DNA of 62,792 bases, filler included. It is 4 parts of 4 records of this genome, joined end to end, with 100 filler letters (N's around TTAATTAATTAA, not from the genome) between each part and the next. Parts side by side here need not be neighbours in the genome. Positions count along the whole stretch, not along the records: positions 21,046 to 46,896 come from SRR20825019_1874; 3 more parts are not named here. One strand, written 5' to 3'. Shown here piece by piece: positions 24,001-34,617 of the stretch (position 1 is its first letter; every line of letters starts with the position of its first letter). The notes under the pieces were generated by a model. That model did no database searches. It was not told the DNA's origin and saw only the letters and a list, made by a program, of their open reading frames with translations. The translations under genes and the position numbers were made by a program.

Positions 24001-24592
24001 ATGGGATGAGATCGAGCGTACTGTGATGCACGCAATTGCTACCGGAGGATCGGTTGATGGCAGTTTGAAGACCTACGCTGACTTCTATGGGTACTCCAGT
24101 GGTGTTTACGTCGTATCAGACCAATACAAGGGTGAAGAGAACAACAATGGGCATGCGATAAAGATCGTGGGATGGGGTGAGGATAACGGAGTGAAGTACT
24201 GGCTCTGTCAGAACACGTGGAGTACTGGCTGGGGTGAAAGTGGCTTCTTCCGCATTCGTAGGGGCACGGACGAGTCGTCTATCGAGCAGTACTTTTACTG
24301 GGGGGATCCTCTCAGGTCCTGCAGCCATGCCGGAGACTGTACCAGTCTCGACAATGGCTACTGCAAGCACGCTGAAAATAGTGAGACCGGCAGCTGCGGT
24401 TGCTTCGACAATTTCTCTGGGGTCTCCTGCAACAGTACCAACTCCCTGAAGATTATGAGCTCCACCACCAAGTATTCCCATCCTACTCTCAATGAGGACG
24501 GTTATTCCCTTACGGATGAGAACTCAGCATCAGGCCTTGTGGCATCCTTGGTCACAGTGTGCTTGGTGGCTTTCTCTGTATTTTTGTTTTAG
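21047..24592 (+). CDS. Papain-family (C1A) cathepsin B-like protease with a long N-terminal extension, cystatin-like domain(s), an EGF-like domain and a hydrophobic C-terminus; 5' partial
   Basis: The frame is open to the contig edge. Cystatin motif EQVVRG; propeptide DEINNDKNVQWKAAKYDRFEGMS; catalytic QGECGSC, GHAIKIVGWG and QNTWSTGWGESGFFRIRRG; EGF-like CSHAGDC...CGCFDNFSGVSC; terminal LVASLVTVCLVAFSVFLF. Confidence 0.9.
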   Translation, partial: FAGMDEASGPLPEPNDDNKAVAQPDPADWSGGAGWDERGSLPQEEDDGLSFGEQRDDSMDDSMVDSWDRANPADDFNYGSSSPSMGEDASGEAATEGVDHMAKKVKSSDGKAHFESKPYKKVKQSTGNDNINARAAEEDALHANDSDDDDADLAAAEKDAESAGKEGVDAAVGDIVKSMGLEGLAGYGEKKATDYVSSNEYSQPLPQPDHAPTPTEKKLAAKKEYDDQVQRLKDNPRYSAEDLNQAIAPPKKYNYKKEHHHKSSHGVVKAKVVSNLKADKKEPPAPMKPAEIVNKKKTENSGGFHDVKTVSKDEFAAKEQGKTKTDDGKAGNEPSEGSAEPTVAAAAAGASATAASAGAILPGSAMAPGDKKFVQSHAVIRKSIKAETHNEVVAKAESALKKAAAAGGGIPTTAPWYAQLHDDHKVSERKAATAKHNKAPSIVIEKDNSRWHAASTSSGKPASTSGEALLAVTAGGNEAAVDAVNVAVPSANPNSADAADPRNAAAHSDADAVREEDKMVSDASSIVHDHDKDHVAVQPPVAKGGEDTQPKHPKNMQSHDNVDFLNMESSASRAIEHINRARTKCMPEALSPLKNYRLVSDNQGDLRLEAYGSHIRIAYSRHSDGSSFKVKSVHPSPCMISMPNDLGSKRAEHIKSKDVRRAADMALKLINQKRLACHFLDEDTDKVLSKDVMRIEAAEEQVVRGLVYELVLSFNFGSKAKADPSLDAKSAEVKSPVKRIRVVVELTPGAGHSPDKLESYQLKETVPDACQLNPMSLAHNKVPLQSDAKMDEINNDKNVQWKAAKYDRFEGMSLEEGQVMAGGVLEATRSYTTTNPYEVLRYSESYSAPESFDMRTEYPKCPLTVRDQGECGSCGSWTATGVLADRFCVATGGALKGLYLSPHDVMTCDSENGGCCGSVQASNWEHLKNAGAMEARCKPYFARSSSSGMCNTNGDTCTSAPASDCERFRANGWYVAGRAATPSASWDEIERTVMHAIATGGSVDGSLKTYADFYGYSSGVYVVSDQYKGEENNNGHAIKIVGWGEDNGVKYWLCQNTWSTGWGESGFFRIRRGTDESSIEQYFYWGDPLRSCSHAGDCTSLDNGYCKHAENSETGSCGCFDNFSGVSCNSTNSLKIMSSTTKYSHPTLNEDGYSLTDENSASGLVASLVTVCLVAFSVFLF

Positions 24593-24671
24593 ACCCAATA
24601 AATACACTCAATTATATCTGGTTCGAAAGAGCTATTAGCACAGAAATCGCACTCAGGCTGCCAAGGGATCC

Positions 24672-25017
24672 TCACGCTCCAGGACCAAAGTCGCCGGTGA
24701 AGTCCGTCCAACTCTGCCATGTTCCCGAGGAGTACTGGTCATCAGAACCTAGATATTGATATCGAGCATGGCAATACATCGAGCCGTCGTTCGTGTAAGG
24801 TAACACCTGTACTCCATCATAAATAAGTGGCTCTGCGCAAACAAACCCAGTCAGCCCAGCCTACATACAACCTTTCTTCCGAAAGTGACATACCACAAGG
24901 TTGGCCGAGGGTTATGTCCTTTGAGTCAAGGCACCCTGCTCTCCTTTCTGACTTGCTGCAATAGTTGCCTCTCGACCAGTGGCTGAGAAGTCTGTCGTCG
25001 TATTTAGTCATTTCCAT
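24672..25017 (-). CDS. Possible small two-exon hypothetical protein
   Basis: ORF 24817..25017 can splice through a 58-nt GT-AG intron (24807-24864) into VLPYTNDGSMYCHARY...FGPGA*. It lies just 3' (on the minus strand) of a GC island, like other genes here. Alternative donors exist. Confidence 0.3.
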
Positions 25018-25610
25018 CCCAGCCGGACAATCTCCACTTTTACGACATCAACAATGTGTGAACACCTTATACAAGTTTAAGCTCAAGGGTAGGTGTCTCA
25101 TGACACCACAGAATGGTACGGCATGATGCCCGAGAGTGACCGGCCCGGCCCTCGGGGCCGCCGAAAGCGACTCTCTTGAGAGTTAGTGGTATGGACCGGA
25201 ACTGAACCCCACCGTGCCGGACGGGACGGCGGGGCGGTCCCGACCGGGGCGCCCCGGGTCGCCCCGCGGCCGGTCGCTCGCCGGTCGCGGGCGGCTCGCC
25301 GCTGGGGCGTCGGCCCCGAGGGCCCCGGCCCGGGCCGGTCGGAGGCGGCCGGGCGCCGCCGGCCGGGCCCCGGCCGGCCGCCCACCCGTAACCGTGCGAG
25401 TGTGGCCCGCCCGCCCGCGCCGCGCCGGCGACGGGACCGCGTGCCGGGGACGGTGACGGTCCGTGAGTGAGCCCGCCGGCCGGGCGCGCCGGGTCACGGG
25501 CCGGCGTGACCCGCGCTCCGACTCCCAGTGAACCGTTGAACCCGGGCCGGGCACGGCACGGCGCGAGCCTGAACAGTCACTGGGGCTCACTAAAAGCAGC
25601 TCAGCGCTCC

Positions 25611-26091
25611 ATGGCGCTAGAGAAAAGAAATCTCATAAAGAAGCCGTGCGACAAGCCGAAACTGATGACTGGTAAAGATTAGGTTCCAGATAAAGCAAAA
25701 TATGAGTGAGGCACCATTTCTAGATGGCAATGGCCGTCCCGAGTAGGTGGTTACTTGTCGTTTGTAAGTACTTCTGACACTTTCGCGTAAGTCCTGCCCG
25801 AATGAAAGAAATGTTTCGAGAAGGAATGGCACGTGAAGCCCTGGAGCGCCTGTACAAAGTGAGGACGCCAAAACAGGGTTGAATTGCAGACTAACAACAA
25901 AATAGCGTAGTATTGTTCCAAAGTGTACAAGTTCCTGTAAAGTGGAGGCTTTTGAGAATTCTTCAGATCCTGAGCTGGTTTCATGCTTGGATAATTGCGT
26001 GACAAACTATATGCGTGCAGTGCAAATTGTGGCGAACGAGGTGAAGAAACAGGCAGCAGAGTCCAACAGACCTACGCCTTTCTTCCAGTAG
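25611..26091 (+). CDS. Small Tim chaperone (Tim8/9/10/13, zf-Tim10_DDP family), closest in pattern to Tim13; 4 exons
   Basis: Removing introns 25672-25723, 25743-25791 and 25859-25905 (CTAAC branch site) gives ...DPARMKEMFREGMAREALERLYKRSIVPK-CTSSC-x15-CLDNC-VTNYMRAVQIVANEVKKQAAESNRPTPFFQ*, a twin CX3C motif. The start is either 25611 or 25665. Confidence 0.8.
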
Positions 26092-26447
26092 CCGAGCCAT
26101 ATCCACCCACCCATACCAATCTTCCATTCACTATTTGCATCCCGTGAATGATGGTTTCATTGGTGTCGACACCGTCACCACTGTGGACAAGTTCAAGGGA
26201 CGGTGCCTCGGCATCCGGCAACTGTGGGTTCGGATCATGCGTTCTGATCGAGCTTGGCCATGGTCGGCGACAAAAGTATGGTTTTCATCTGGTCAACCCC
26301 CACATTGTTTCATGAATATGTTTGTCCTAAAACACTTGGGAAAGGTAAAAGTCAGCGGGAAATATTGTACTTTATCATTTCCGCGCAAGCAACTTGCGCA
26401 TGTCATCGTTGTCAGTCATCGGGTCACAGTTACATACTCTGGTCCGG

Positions 26448-27374
26448 TCACCTGGATGTCTTAAGAGCAGGCAATCCAAAACTTAATCCGGTGTCTGTCT
26501 TTGTTGTCCGTCGCTCCGTTTGTGTGCCGCGAGGGGTAAGCATGGGAAGAATATTATCGTCACCTCCCCGCTTCTCAGGAGAGTGTGGGGTCAGCGGTGA
26601 CTTCCCATGGGAATATGGATAATGCGAATGGTTGTAATGTTGAGAGCCCTCGTGCTGATGCCGAGAGTTTTTCAGACTCGGCAGGCCAGGGAGCTTCAGC
26701 CCGGTATTCGCACTATTAGTATTTTCGTCGCCATAGGGATCTTCTCTGCTGTACTCTTTGTATCTCTCCCTTCGATTACGTATGGGCTGGTCAGTGTTGG
26801 GCGCTGCTCTATTTCTTTGTCGTCTTGTGTTTTCGGGAGACGGCGTCCTATCATTAGACCGTGGCAGGGGTTGGCCTTTCGGTCCCTCCGCCAAATTTGT
26901 TAGCCAGCCCTTTGCAAAGTGCCGGCCCCGCACAACCCTACTTATTTCCCCTTGCCCTTCAGTGTATTCTGAGTGCTCGCGCGCCGACGACTGAGAAGTC
27001 TCCCTGCTTGTTTTTGGCTCCGCTATGCAGTAGACCTCTTCAAACTCCACGAAGTCCCCCTCGGGAGTTGTTGACTCGCCCTTTGAAGGGTCGGACTCGT
27101 CCCCGCCCTCTGTTTTCCGGTGTCCCCTTTTCCCCGTTCCCTTCTCGCGCTTCCGCCTACGTCTTCTCTTTTCTGCTTTTCTATTGTTCTTCTGTGCCTC
27201 TGCCGTCAGTAGGGCATCGCCCGTTGGGGATCGAGTTCTCTTATCATTTTCATTCCAAGAACTGCACGGCTCCTCGCCGACATATTTCTTGGGTGTCTCT
27301 GGACACTCCCCATCCTCGTTTAGTGTTGGTGCCATTATGAAAAGATATTGTATATCACTTCCTGTACAACTCAC
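26448..27374 (-). CDS. Hypothetical low-complexity/disordered protein (main exon; termini unresolved)
   Basis: A 308-codon open frame with a basic NLS-like run (RKAEKRRRRRKREK) and no recognisable domain. Confidence 0.5.
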   Translation of the reverse strand: MSCTGSDIQYLFIMAPTLNEDGECPETPKKYVGEEPCSSWNENDKRTRSPTGDALLTAEAQKNNRKAEKRRRRRKREKGTGKRGHRKTEGGDESDPSKGESTTPEGDFVEFEEVYCIAEPKTSRETSQSSAREHSEYTEGQGEISRVVRGRHFAKGWLTNLAEGPKGQPLPRSNDRTPSPENTRRQRNRAAPNTDQPIRNRRERYKEYSREDPYGDENTNSANTGLKLPGLPSLKNSRHQHEGSQHYNHSHYPYSHGKSPLTPHSPEKRGGDDNILPMLTPRGTQTERRTTKTDTGLSFGLPALKTSR

Positions 27375-28361
27375 TCACACCAACCACTCTTGACAGTTCA
27401 CGATTCCATTCCAATGGCCCCAAGCCTTGGAATACGATATGCAATGTACGGAACCGATAGACAAGTATAATTAAGTGAGTAAGATCGTGAAGGGAGTCGA
27501 ATGTCATGGAGCTGCCACCTAGAAGTCGTTGGTCGGATTCGCAGTGAAACACCAGATAGGTGGAAAAGTTGGAGCTGGTAGGCATCGCGGGTAGTGTACT
27601 CCTTCGGTTTCCAGTTTTGTCAGCTTCTCAGAGATCTCGGCGCTATGCCAACCGTGTAGGGTCCAAGCAACCGAGATTGACGGGCGGTCCGCCGGTTACT
27701 ACTCTCAGCTCCAAGCCAGCAACGAACGGCCTTGAGAGCGGACCGGACACAAGAACTGGCAGCAGGTCAGCCGGCAGCTCGCGGGGCGCGCCGGGCCCTG
27801 GCCCCGGCCATGAAGTTTGGGGTACTCAGCTGCCGGTCCTGGCATGGAGCCGTGGCACATGCGACACACTGAAAAAAAACGCTTGCAATCTCGCTTAGTA
27901 TCTCACAAGCGTAAACCTTATCCAGTTGGACTGTGAATCTCCCCACTAATACAGGATTGTTTCGAGATCGATTCGCACTGACCTCGATTCAATCATGGTC
28001 AGGTGATTGATCGGTTTTGGCGGGAGTCCGGTCACCACGGGCCGGGTGACTCCAGTCCCGTCCGGCAGGCCAGGTGCCGGCGTGCCCGGCCCGACGGTGG
28101 GCGCGCGGCCCCCCCTCGCCGGACCGGACCCGACGGGCCGCCGCCCGGGCCCGGCCGCCCGGCGCCGCCGCCGCCGCCGGGGGAGCTCGCCGCCGAGTCG
28201 CGGGGTCATGACGCCGGCGATGACAGGCCGATCAGCCGGGTCCCAACTGGATGACTGGAATGTCGGGCTCGCCACTGCCTTATGTGCATGGCCACCTGGA
28301 GCGGTCTACTAATATGTATCCAATTTCTTTGGGAACAGCAAGTACTCTTCCTTTTGTTGAG

Positions 28362-29232
<871 letters not shown>

Positions 29233-29365
29233 GGTCATTTAATACGAGATGGCCCGATATTCGCAATGGATAAGTTTGGTACTGACAAGAAATGCGGCCA
29301 CGCGCACAACACCAATATAACCTTGACATATCATACAGCAGAATTCGTTTGTGTTAATGTCAATC

Positions 29366-32300
29366 TTATCCGTCCTTGGCTTCCTGTGCTGCCAATTCTT
29401 CTTGTTCCTCCAGCGCCTTCTTCTTCTGAAGAGCCTCCTTCTTCTTCTGGATCCGCTCGAAGTCTTGTTCAAGCTTTGTGTCGGCATCTTGCCAGAACGA
29501 TCCAAGACTTTGAGCTTGAGACTTCACCGCAGCAATTGGCTGTACAAAGAGGAATTTCATGAATGCTTTGAACTCATTCTCCTTCACAGACAACATCTGG
29601 TCCACAAGCTCTGTCCTTTCTAAATCTTCACGTTCCGCATCCTTGGCCTTATTGTAAGACTCAGAAAGGATAGCAAGAAGAACATTCACTAGAATGAAAA
29701 CGAACAAAAGAATGAATGTCACAAGGAAAATAGGGGCAACCAAAGAGTTTGACCGCACCAGAGCATCATAGCCACCAATACTCTCGAATTCGCCGAGCGT
29801 CATCAAAGTGAGGGAGACTCCCGTCTGGAATGGAGTGGACATCCGCTCCATCTCTCCACCGAATGTAACCATTCCCCAGAAAATAAAGGCAAGGTACAAG
29901 AATGTAGCAATCACACTAAATGAAATAATATCCGTCTTGGCGAAATAGAGAGTGATCCAAATCACATACATCTTAATGGTGTATCGGAAGTACTTGAACG
30001 TGCGCATCAGAGCCAGAAAGAGGGCAATTCCTTCAAAATCAAAAGATACTCTCCATACATTGTCTAGCATTGTCCAATCCTTAAATGAGGTGCTGGTGAT
30101 GTCGAAGTTAAGAACATCAGGATGCACACTGTATATCAGGAAGAGAAGCTGACTGATGAACATACTAAATAGCACTACAATCTCAATGATGGCCCACACA
30201 TCCAGCCATTCGAGCAGCTTTCGGAAGCGTTTCCTCCTGACGTTCAAGGCCATGGACTCAAGTATATGCAAGACAAAAGTCACAACGTACCACAGCCAGA
30301 ACAAAAAGACGACAACAATGAAGATAAGACGTAGAACAAACGTAAAAGTAACTGTTTGGGAGTACCATACGTTGAAGCGTAGGGTACGGAAGTTACTGCT
30401 AGTGTCCACACGCCCCGAGGGATGAATATCAACAAAGAGGTTGCAGAAGGTGAATAAATCAGAAGCCGGTGTATACAGCATAAACTGCACATACACACGT
30501 CTGGTGTAGATGTCAATCCACTGATAGTCCGACTTGCCTCCTCTGTTGGAGTTGGTGTTGTCGCCTTCAGGGCCGGTGCTATAGTAAGTTGAGTACGTTG
30601 TTAACGTTCCTGTGGACGTATCTACTCCTGAGCGAATTGCTTGAAACAAATGATCTACTGCGAGCCTGTACTGGGGCTGAACAGTAGGTGTTCCGTCCGT
30701 GATAACCGTGTTGAGAGCAAAAGGGATATCAATTGCATATCCTTCTCCTAAAGCATGCACAACCTGCTTCGATTCGGGACGAAGGGTGAAAAGCTCTCCG
30801 AGCTGAGAACTGGACCGAAATCCATAACCCATACAATATAGTCGAGAGTTCGTAGTAGCAGCACCATCAGGGCACTTGGTGGTGTCAGTTGCCCAGCCAT
30901 ATGTAGCCTTGTTGGCGCTCAGATTGGAGTCATAATAGTTGAAGCAATCCCCGTTAGTGTCAGACTTGTACATCTCGCTGATTGTACACATCCCACCATT
31001 CTTTACCCTCAGCTGCTTCAACCTGAGTCCCCCCACAAGTCGGTTGAACATAGACACATAAAACTCATTCCCCGTTACTGATGGAGAATTCAAATTCCCT
31101 TGGTACAGTTCGTATTCAGAGTCGTAAAGTTCCAGCGGGAACAAGAATGGTAGCAGAGTTCGGGTCGCCCAAACCCAGAATTCATCGATAGTCCCCACAT
31201 CTTCAAAGGTAACAAACGACTGCTGAACCCACATCGGAGGTTCAGGAACATAATCAGTGTTTGCTTGTGATACATCAACCGTATAGTCTGGATATATACA
31301 TAAACCTGGTTGTAAAGCTTGCCCTCCACCTGTATTCCCCGCTAGCACTACCCCTGGCTCACAGCCTAAATCTAGCCCTGGAGTGCTACCTACTTCTGCG
31401 TCAACAAGTTGTGAAGTCATAGTTTCGGCTACACGAAAGGCGCTGGACACATCGCGCTTCAGCAGCGATGAAATGGAAACGAATAATACAAAAATCAAGT
31501 GAACAACTAATTGCCTATAGCTTAGCAGTCTACGCCTTCGCTGATAAATGATCCCTGGCTTCCACAAGGTTGCCAGCAGATACTTTTCGTCTTCAGTCAG
31601 GTTGTGTCTGTCAGTGCGGTATTTTCTTTCCAGTGCCCGCCTTTCCTCGCTCAATATCTCTCGATCCAACGAGTCCACAATCACTTCTTCTTTCTTCTCT
31701 TGCACCTTTTCATCCTTGTTTTCCTCCACTTTCTTCAGTAGCTGGCCACAAGTCTTGCACTTCACGTCGTGGGCTGAGACTGGACCGAAGCAGTACGGAC
31801 ACTCATCTACTGCGGTCTCATCTCCCTTGACCATGATTCTAATATCACTCTTGTCCTCGTTAACGTTGGAAATCTCATACAAAACTTGACCCTCAGCAGC
31901 CCACACAGAGCCTTCGTCGTCAGTGATCGCAGTCATGAGAGGGTTTAGCGACCAATACTTGGAAGCGGAAATACCCAAGTCTTCAAAGGTGGTGTAGGCA
32001 GTAATCGGGAAAACAGCACTTTGTCCTCCATATGACACCATCACTTCGTCAATACCCGACGCAAGGGCTCGCTCAGCAGCAGCCTGCTCCTCTGACCGGT
32101 GCGTGCTTCTCAGCTGCTCATTGATGTTGAAAAGTGAGTTCAGAAGGGAACTTAGCTCTTTCTTGTTGTCAACCGAAGCCATATTCTCTCCACCCTGATC
32201 CTCGAGAGCAATCTTGGCATGGAGGACGGACCTTTCATCTCCTACAGGCTCTTCTTGGTCGAGCTTTGCTTTGCGCCTGGTATCTTTCACAACACCCACC

Positions 32301-32563
32301 CTTTCCCTGATACCAGCAAAGCCACTTTTCTGCTTCTTTTGCACTTTGTCCACAGTGCTCAGTTCATAGCGAAGATCCTGATCTCTCCGTTGCAGCATTT
32401 CATACAGCTCTGCAATTCTACGCTCTTTCTTCTCCACCATTTCCTTCTCATTCTTAAGTCTGATCGTTAACTCTTTCATTCGTTGACTTTCAGCCTTAAG
32501 AAGTGTTTGAAGGTATCGTGGGTCATTCTTCTCCAAGTCAAAGGTGTCGTCTCCCCCCTCCAT
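29366..32563 (-). CDS. Polycystin-2 (PKD2/TRPP)-like cation channel, single exon
   Basis: TOP-domain motifs (FEDVGTIDEFWVW, NRLVGGLRLKQLRV, WIDIYTRRVYVQFMLY), six TM segments with LMRTFKYF, pore LGEF, and FILVNVLLAILSESY. Confidence 0.9.
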   Translation of the reverse strand: MEGGDDTFDLEKNDPRYLQTLLKAESQRMKELTIRLKNEKEMVEKKERRIAELYEMLQRRDQDLRYELSTVDKVQKKQKSGFAGIRERVGVVKDTRRKAKLDQEEPVGDERSVLHAKIALEDQGGENMASVDNKKELSSLLNSLFNINEQLRSTHRSEEQAAAERALASGIDEVMVSYGGQSAVFPITAYTTFEDLGISASKYWSLNPLMTAITDDEGSVWAAEGQVLYEISNVNEDKSDIRIMVKGDETAVDECPYCFGPVSAHDVKCKTCGQLLKKVEENKDEKVQEKKEEVIVDSLDREILSEERRALERKYRTDRHNLTEDEKYLLATLWKPGIIYQRRRRLLSYRQLVVHLIFVLFVSISSLLKRDVSSAFRVAETMTSQLVDAEVGSTPGLDLGCEPGVVLAGNTGGGQALQPGLCIYPDYTVDVSQANTDYVPEPPMWVQQSFVTFEDVGTIDEFWVWATRTLLPFLFPLELYDSEYELYQGNLNSPSVTGNEFYVSMFNRLVGGLRLKQLRVKNGGMCTISEMYKSDTNGDCFNYYDSNLSANKATYGWATDTTKCPDGAATTNSRLYCMGYGFRSSSQLGELFTLRPESKQVVHALGEGYAIDIPFALNTVITDGTPTVQPQYRLAVDHLFQAIRSGVDTSTGTLTTYSTYYSTGPEGDNTNSNRGGKSDYQWIDIYTRRVYVQFMLYTPASDLFTFCNLFVDIHPSGRVDTSSNFRTLRFNVWYSQTVTFTFVLRLIFIVVVFLFWLWYVVTFVLHILESMALNVRRKRFRKLLEWLDVWAIIEIVVLFSMFISQLLFLIYSVHPDVLNFDITSTSFKDWTMLDNVWRVSFDFEGIALFLALMRTFKYFRYTIKMYVIWITLYFAKTDIISFSVIATFLYLAFIFWGMVTFGGEMERMSTPFQTGVSLTLMTLGEFESIGGYDALVRSNSLVAPIFLVTFILLFVFILVNVLLAILSESYNKAKDAEREDLERTELVDQMLSVKENEFKAFMKFLFVQPIAAVKSQAQSLGSFWQDADTKLEQDFERIQKKKEALQKKKALEEQEELAAQEAKDG

Positions 32564-33376
32564 GGTGTAACCTTTGCACCCGAGTGCTACCCTACCCTAC
32601 CCTTAGATATGTGTTCTACTTTTGTTCATATTTCTAGTATTCAAAGGCCTTATTTCTATGCCACCCAAACAAATTCAGCCTGTGAAGCTGGCCATGGTAT
32701 GCTGTAGAGGGGTTGTCTCAGTGATAGTGGTCCATCCCGCGCGGTTGTCGTAAACCTACACCCATGAGCCGTCGGAGCGGCTCCAGCGACACTCTGACCG
32801 GTGGCGAGCGCGGCGGTCCGTGGGCGGGCGTACTCTGGTCGGGCGGTCACCGCAACCGGCCCAGCTGGGCCGCCGTCGGCCGGCCGGGCCGCGGCGGGGG
32901 CCGCGTGCGCCGCCATGCGCATAGGGGAGTGGTGAGTCGGACTCGTGCGTGCGGGGCCGCGGGGGGCCCTGATCATGATGAGAGTGCCTGCCATCATGGG
33001 GCCAGCCGGCCGGGTCGCGGTCTCTGACCGTGAAGCAGTGTAAGGCAGGTCATTATATTGAGATTTTCGCTATAATTATTTGGAAAGCAATAATACGAAT
33101 CACTTCTTTTTTTTACCTCCAATCGCTTTGATAAGCGAGCGCTCCACTGCCCCCAGATGTCTGATCATCAAGTGAAATGCTTGCCGCGGCCGTGAGTGCG
33201 CCGTGCTGCAGCAAGCAAATTGTGGTCTCGCTAGGACAAAGTTATTGAAGACTCTACTATCGATAAAGCAGTGGAATCCTTTCGAATTTAATACGTAGTA
33301 TCCTTACTTCTCTTGCATCGCGTCACTAGGTATACACTTTGAGATCTCGCATTGATAAATCGGTTGTTCAGGACAT

Positions 33377-34617
33377 CTAAGACTTGGGGGCTGTGCTCTT
33401 CCGCCGTTGTGTGAAGTCGAACAAACTGTAAATTTCCTTGTGGCGTTCAACATATCCCATCAAATCCGCGTCAAGTTCGCGGAGGAGCCCGTCGTGAACA
33501 TCGTAGACCATGGCGTGGACCCTAGGGTAGCCATATTTGATCTGGGACCGCTGCACGATTGGATTCTTCAGCAAGTTCACGCACTGCTCCACGACATTTA
33601 GTTCGACCAAACGGTCTCCGCGAGCCTTTTCGTCCTCAATTTGGCTTAGCTCGTCCTGGTAAAGGCGCTGAACATCACGGATATTGCAGATCCAGTGTTC
33701 AATGAGGCCGTGGTCGTGTTCCTTTAGGCTGGCCTTGACTCCGCCACACCCGTAGTGCCCGCATACTACATACAAGGAAAACTTAGGAACGGAAGAAAAA
33801 TATCACACACTAGCGTACCAATGATATCAGGGACATTCAAATATTCGATGGCGAACTGAAGCACAGCAAGAATGTTGGTATCTGTATTCACAACGAGGTT
33901 GGCTACATTCCTGTGGACAAAGACGTCGCCGGGCTAGCATTGGGTGTGAGAACATTATCTAGAAAGTCGACTTAAACTTACAGGAAGACCAGTGATTTCA
34001 TTCGCGGGCACCCGAGCATCGGAGCAACCAATCCACAAGAACTGGGGTTTTTGACCACTCGCAAGAGTTTCAAAGTATGTAGGATCTTCGCGCAGTTTCT
34101 GGGCAGCCCATGCGCGATTCCTCTTAAAGATTTCGTTGAAGTGATCTTTTGTGGCCCCTGTATGACCAATCCAGGGAGCATGGCCCTGTTGTAGAGTAGC
34201 AGCTACAACTGCAGGGTTGTCAGTATTCTCTTTTCCACTTTTTTCCAGAACCTGCTGTAGTGTAGGGCTTGTTGGGCGTGACACACTGCGAGATGAAGGC
34301 CGAGAGTTATTACGAGACGGTCCGGCACTAAAGCTCATGTGAGTAGATGAGGAATAGGGAATAGCACCGGCCTTGTAGCTGATGGCGTTTCGCGCAAGGG
34401 TCAGGGCAATGTTCCAGTTAACTTGTGAGTTCTTAGCAGCAGCTGAAATGTACTCATAGACAGTCAAATTCTCGGGTTGGTAAATAGCAACGGTGAGAAG
34501 ATCCTTATCTTCTTGAGACAATTCGAAGCCGGCGCTGTTCACCATGGTGACAGCTTCAAGTTTCATTTCAGACTTTTTGTCTACAAGTGGGGCGTCTGGA
34601 AGTTTAGAGGAAGACAT
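33377..34617 (-). CDS. Beta-class carbonic anhydrase with N-terminal extension (3 exons)
   Basis: Zinc-ligand motifs [10 protein letters not shown] and CGHYGCGG, plus [12 protein letters not shown] and LVELNV. Confidence 0.93.

Noticed and set aside
26072-26260. Possible final minus-strand exon (...HGMQIVNGRLVWVGGYGSATGRKA*) overlapping the small-Tim stop by ~20 nt
   Set aside because: I could not build a consistent splice path from the 26448-27374 exon; left unresolved without RNA data.
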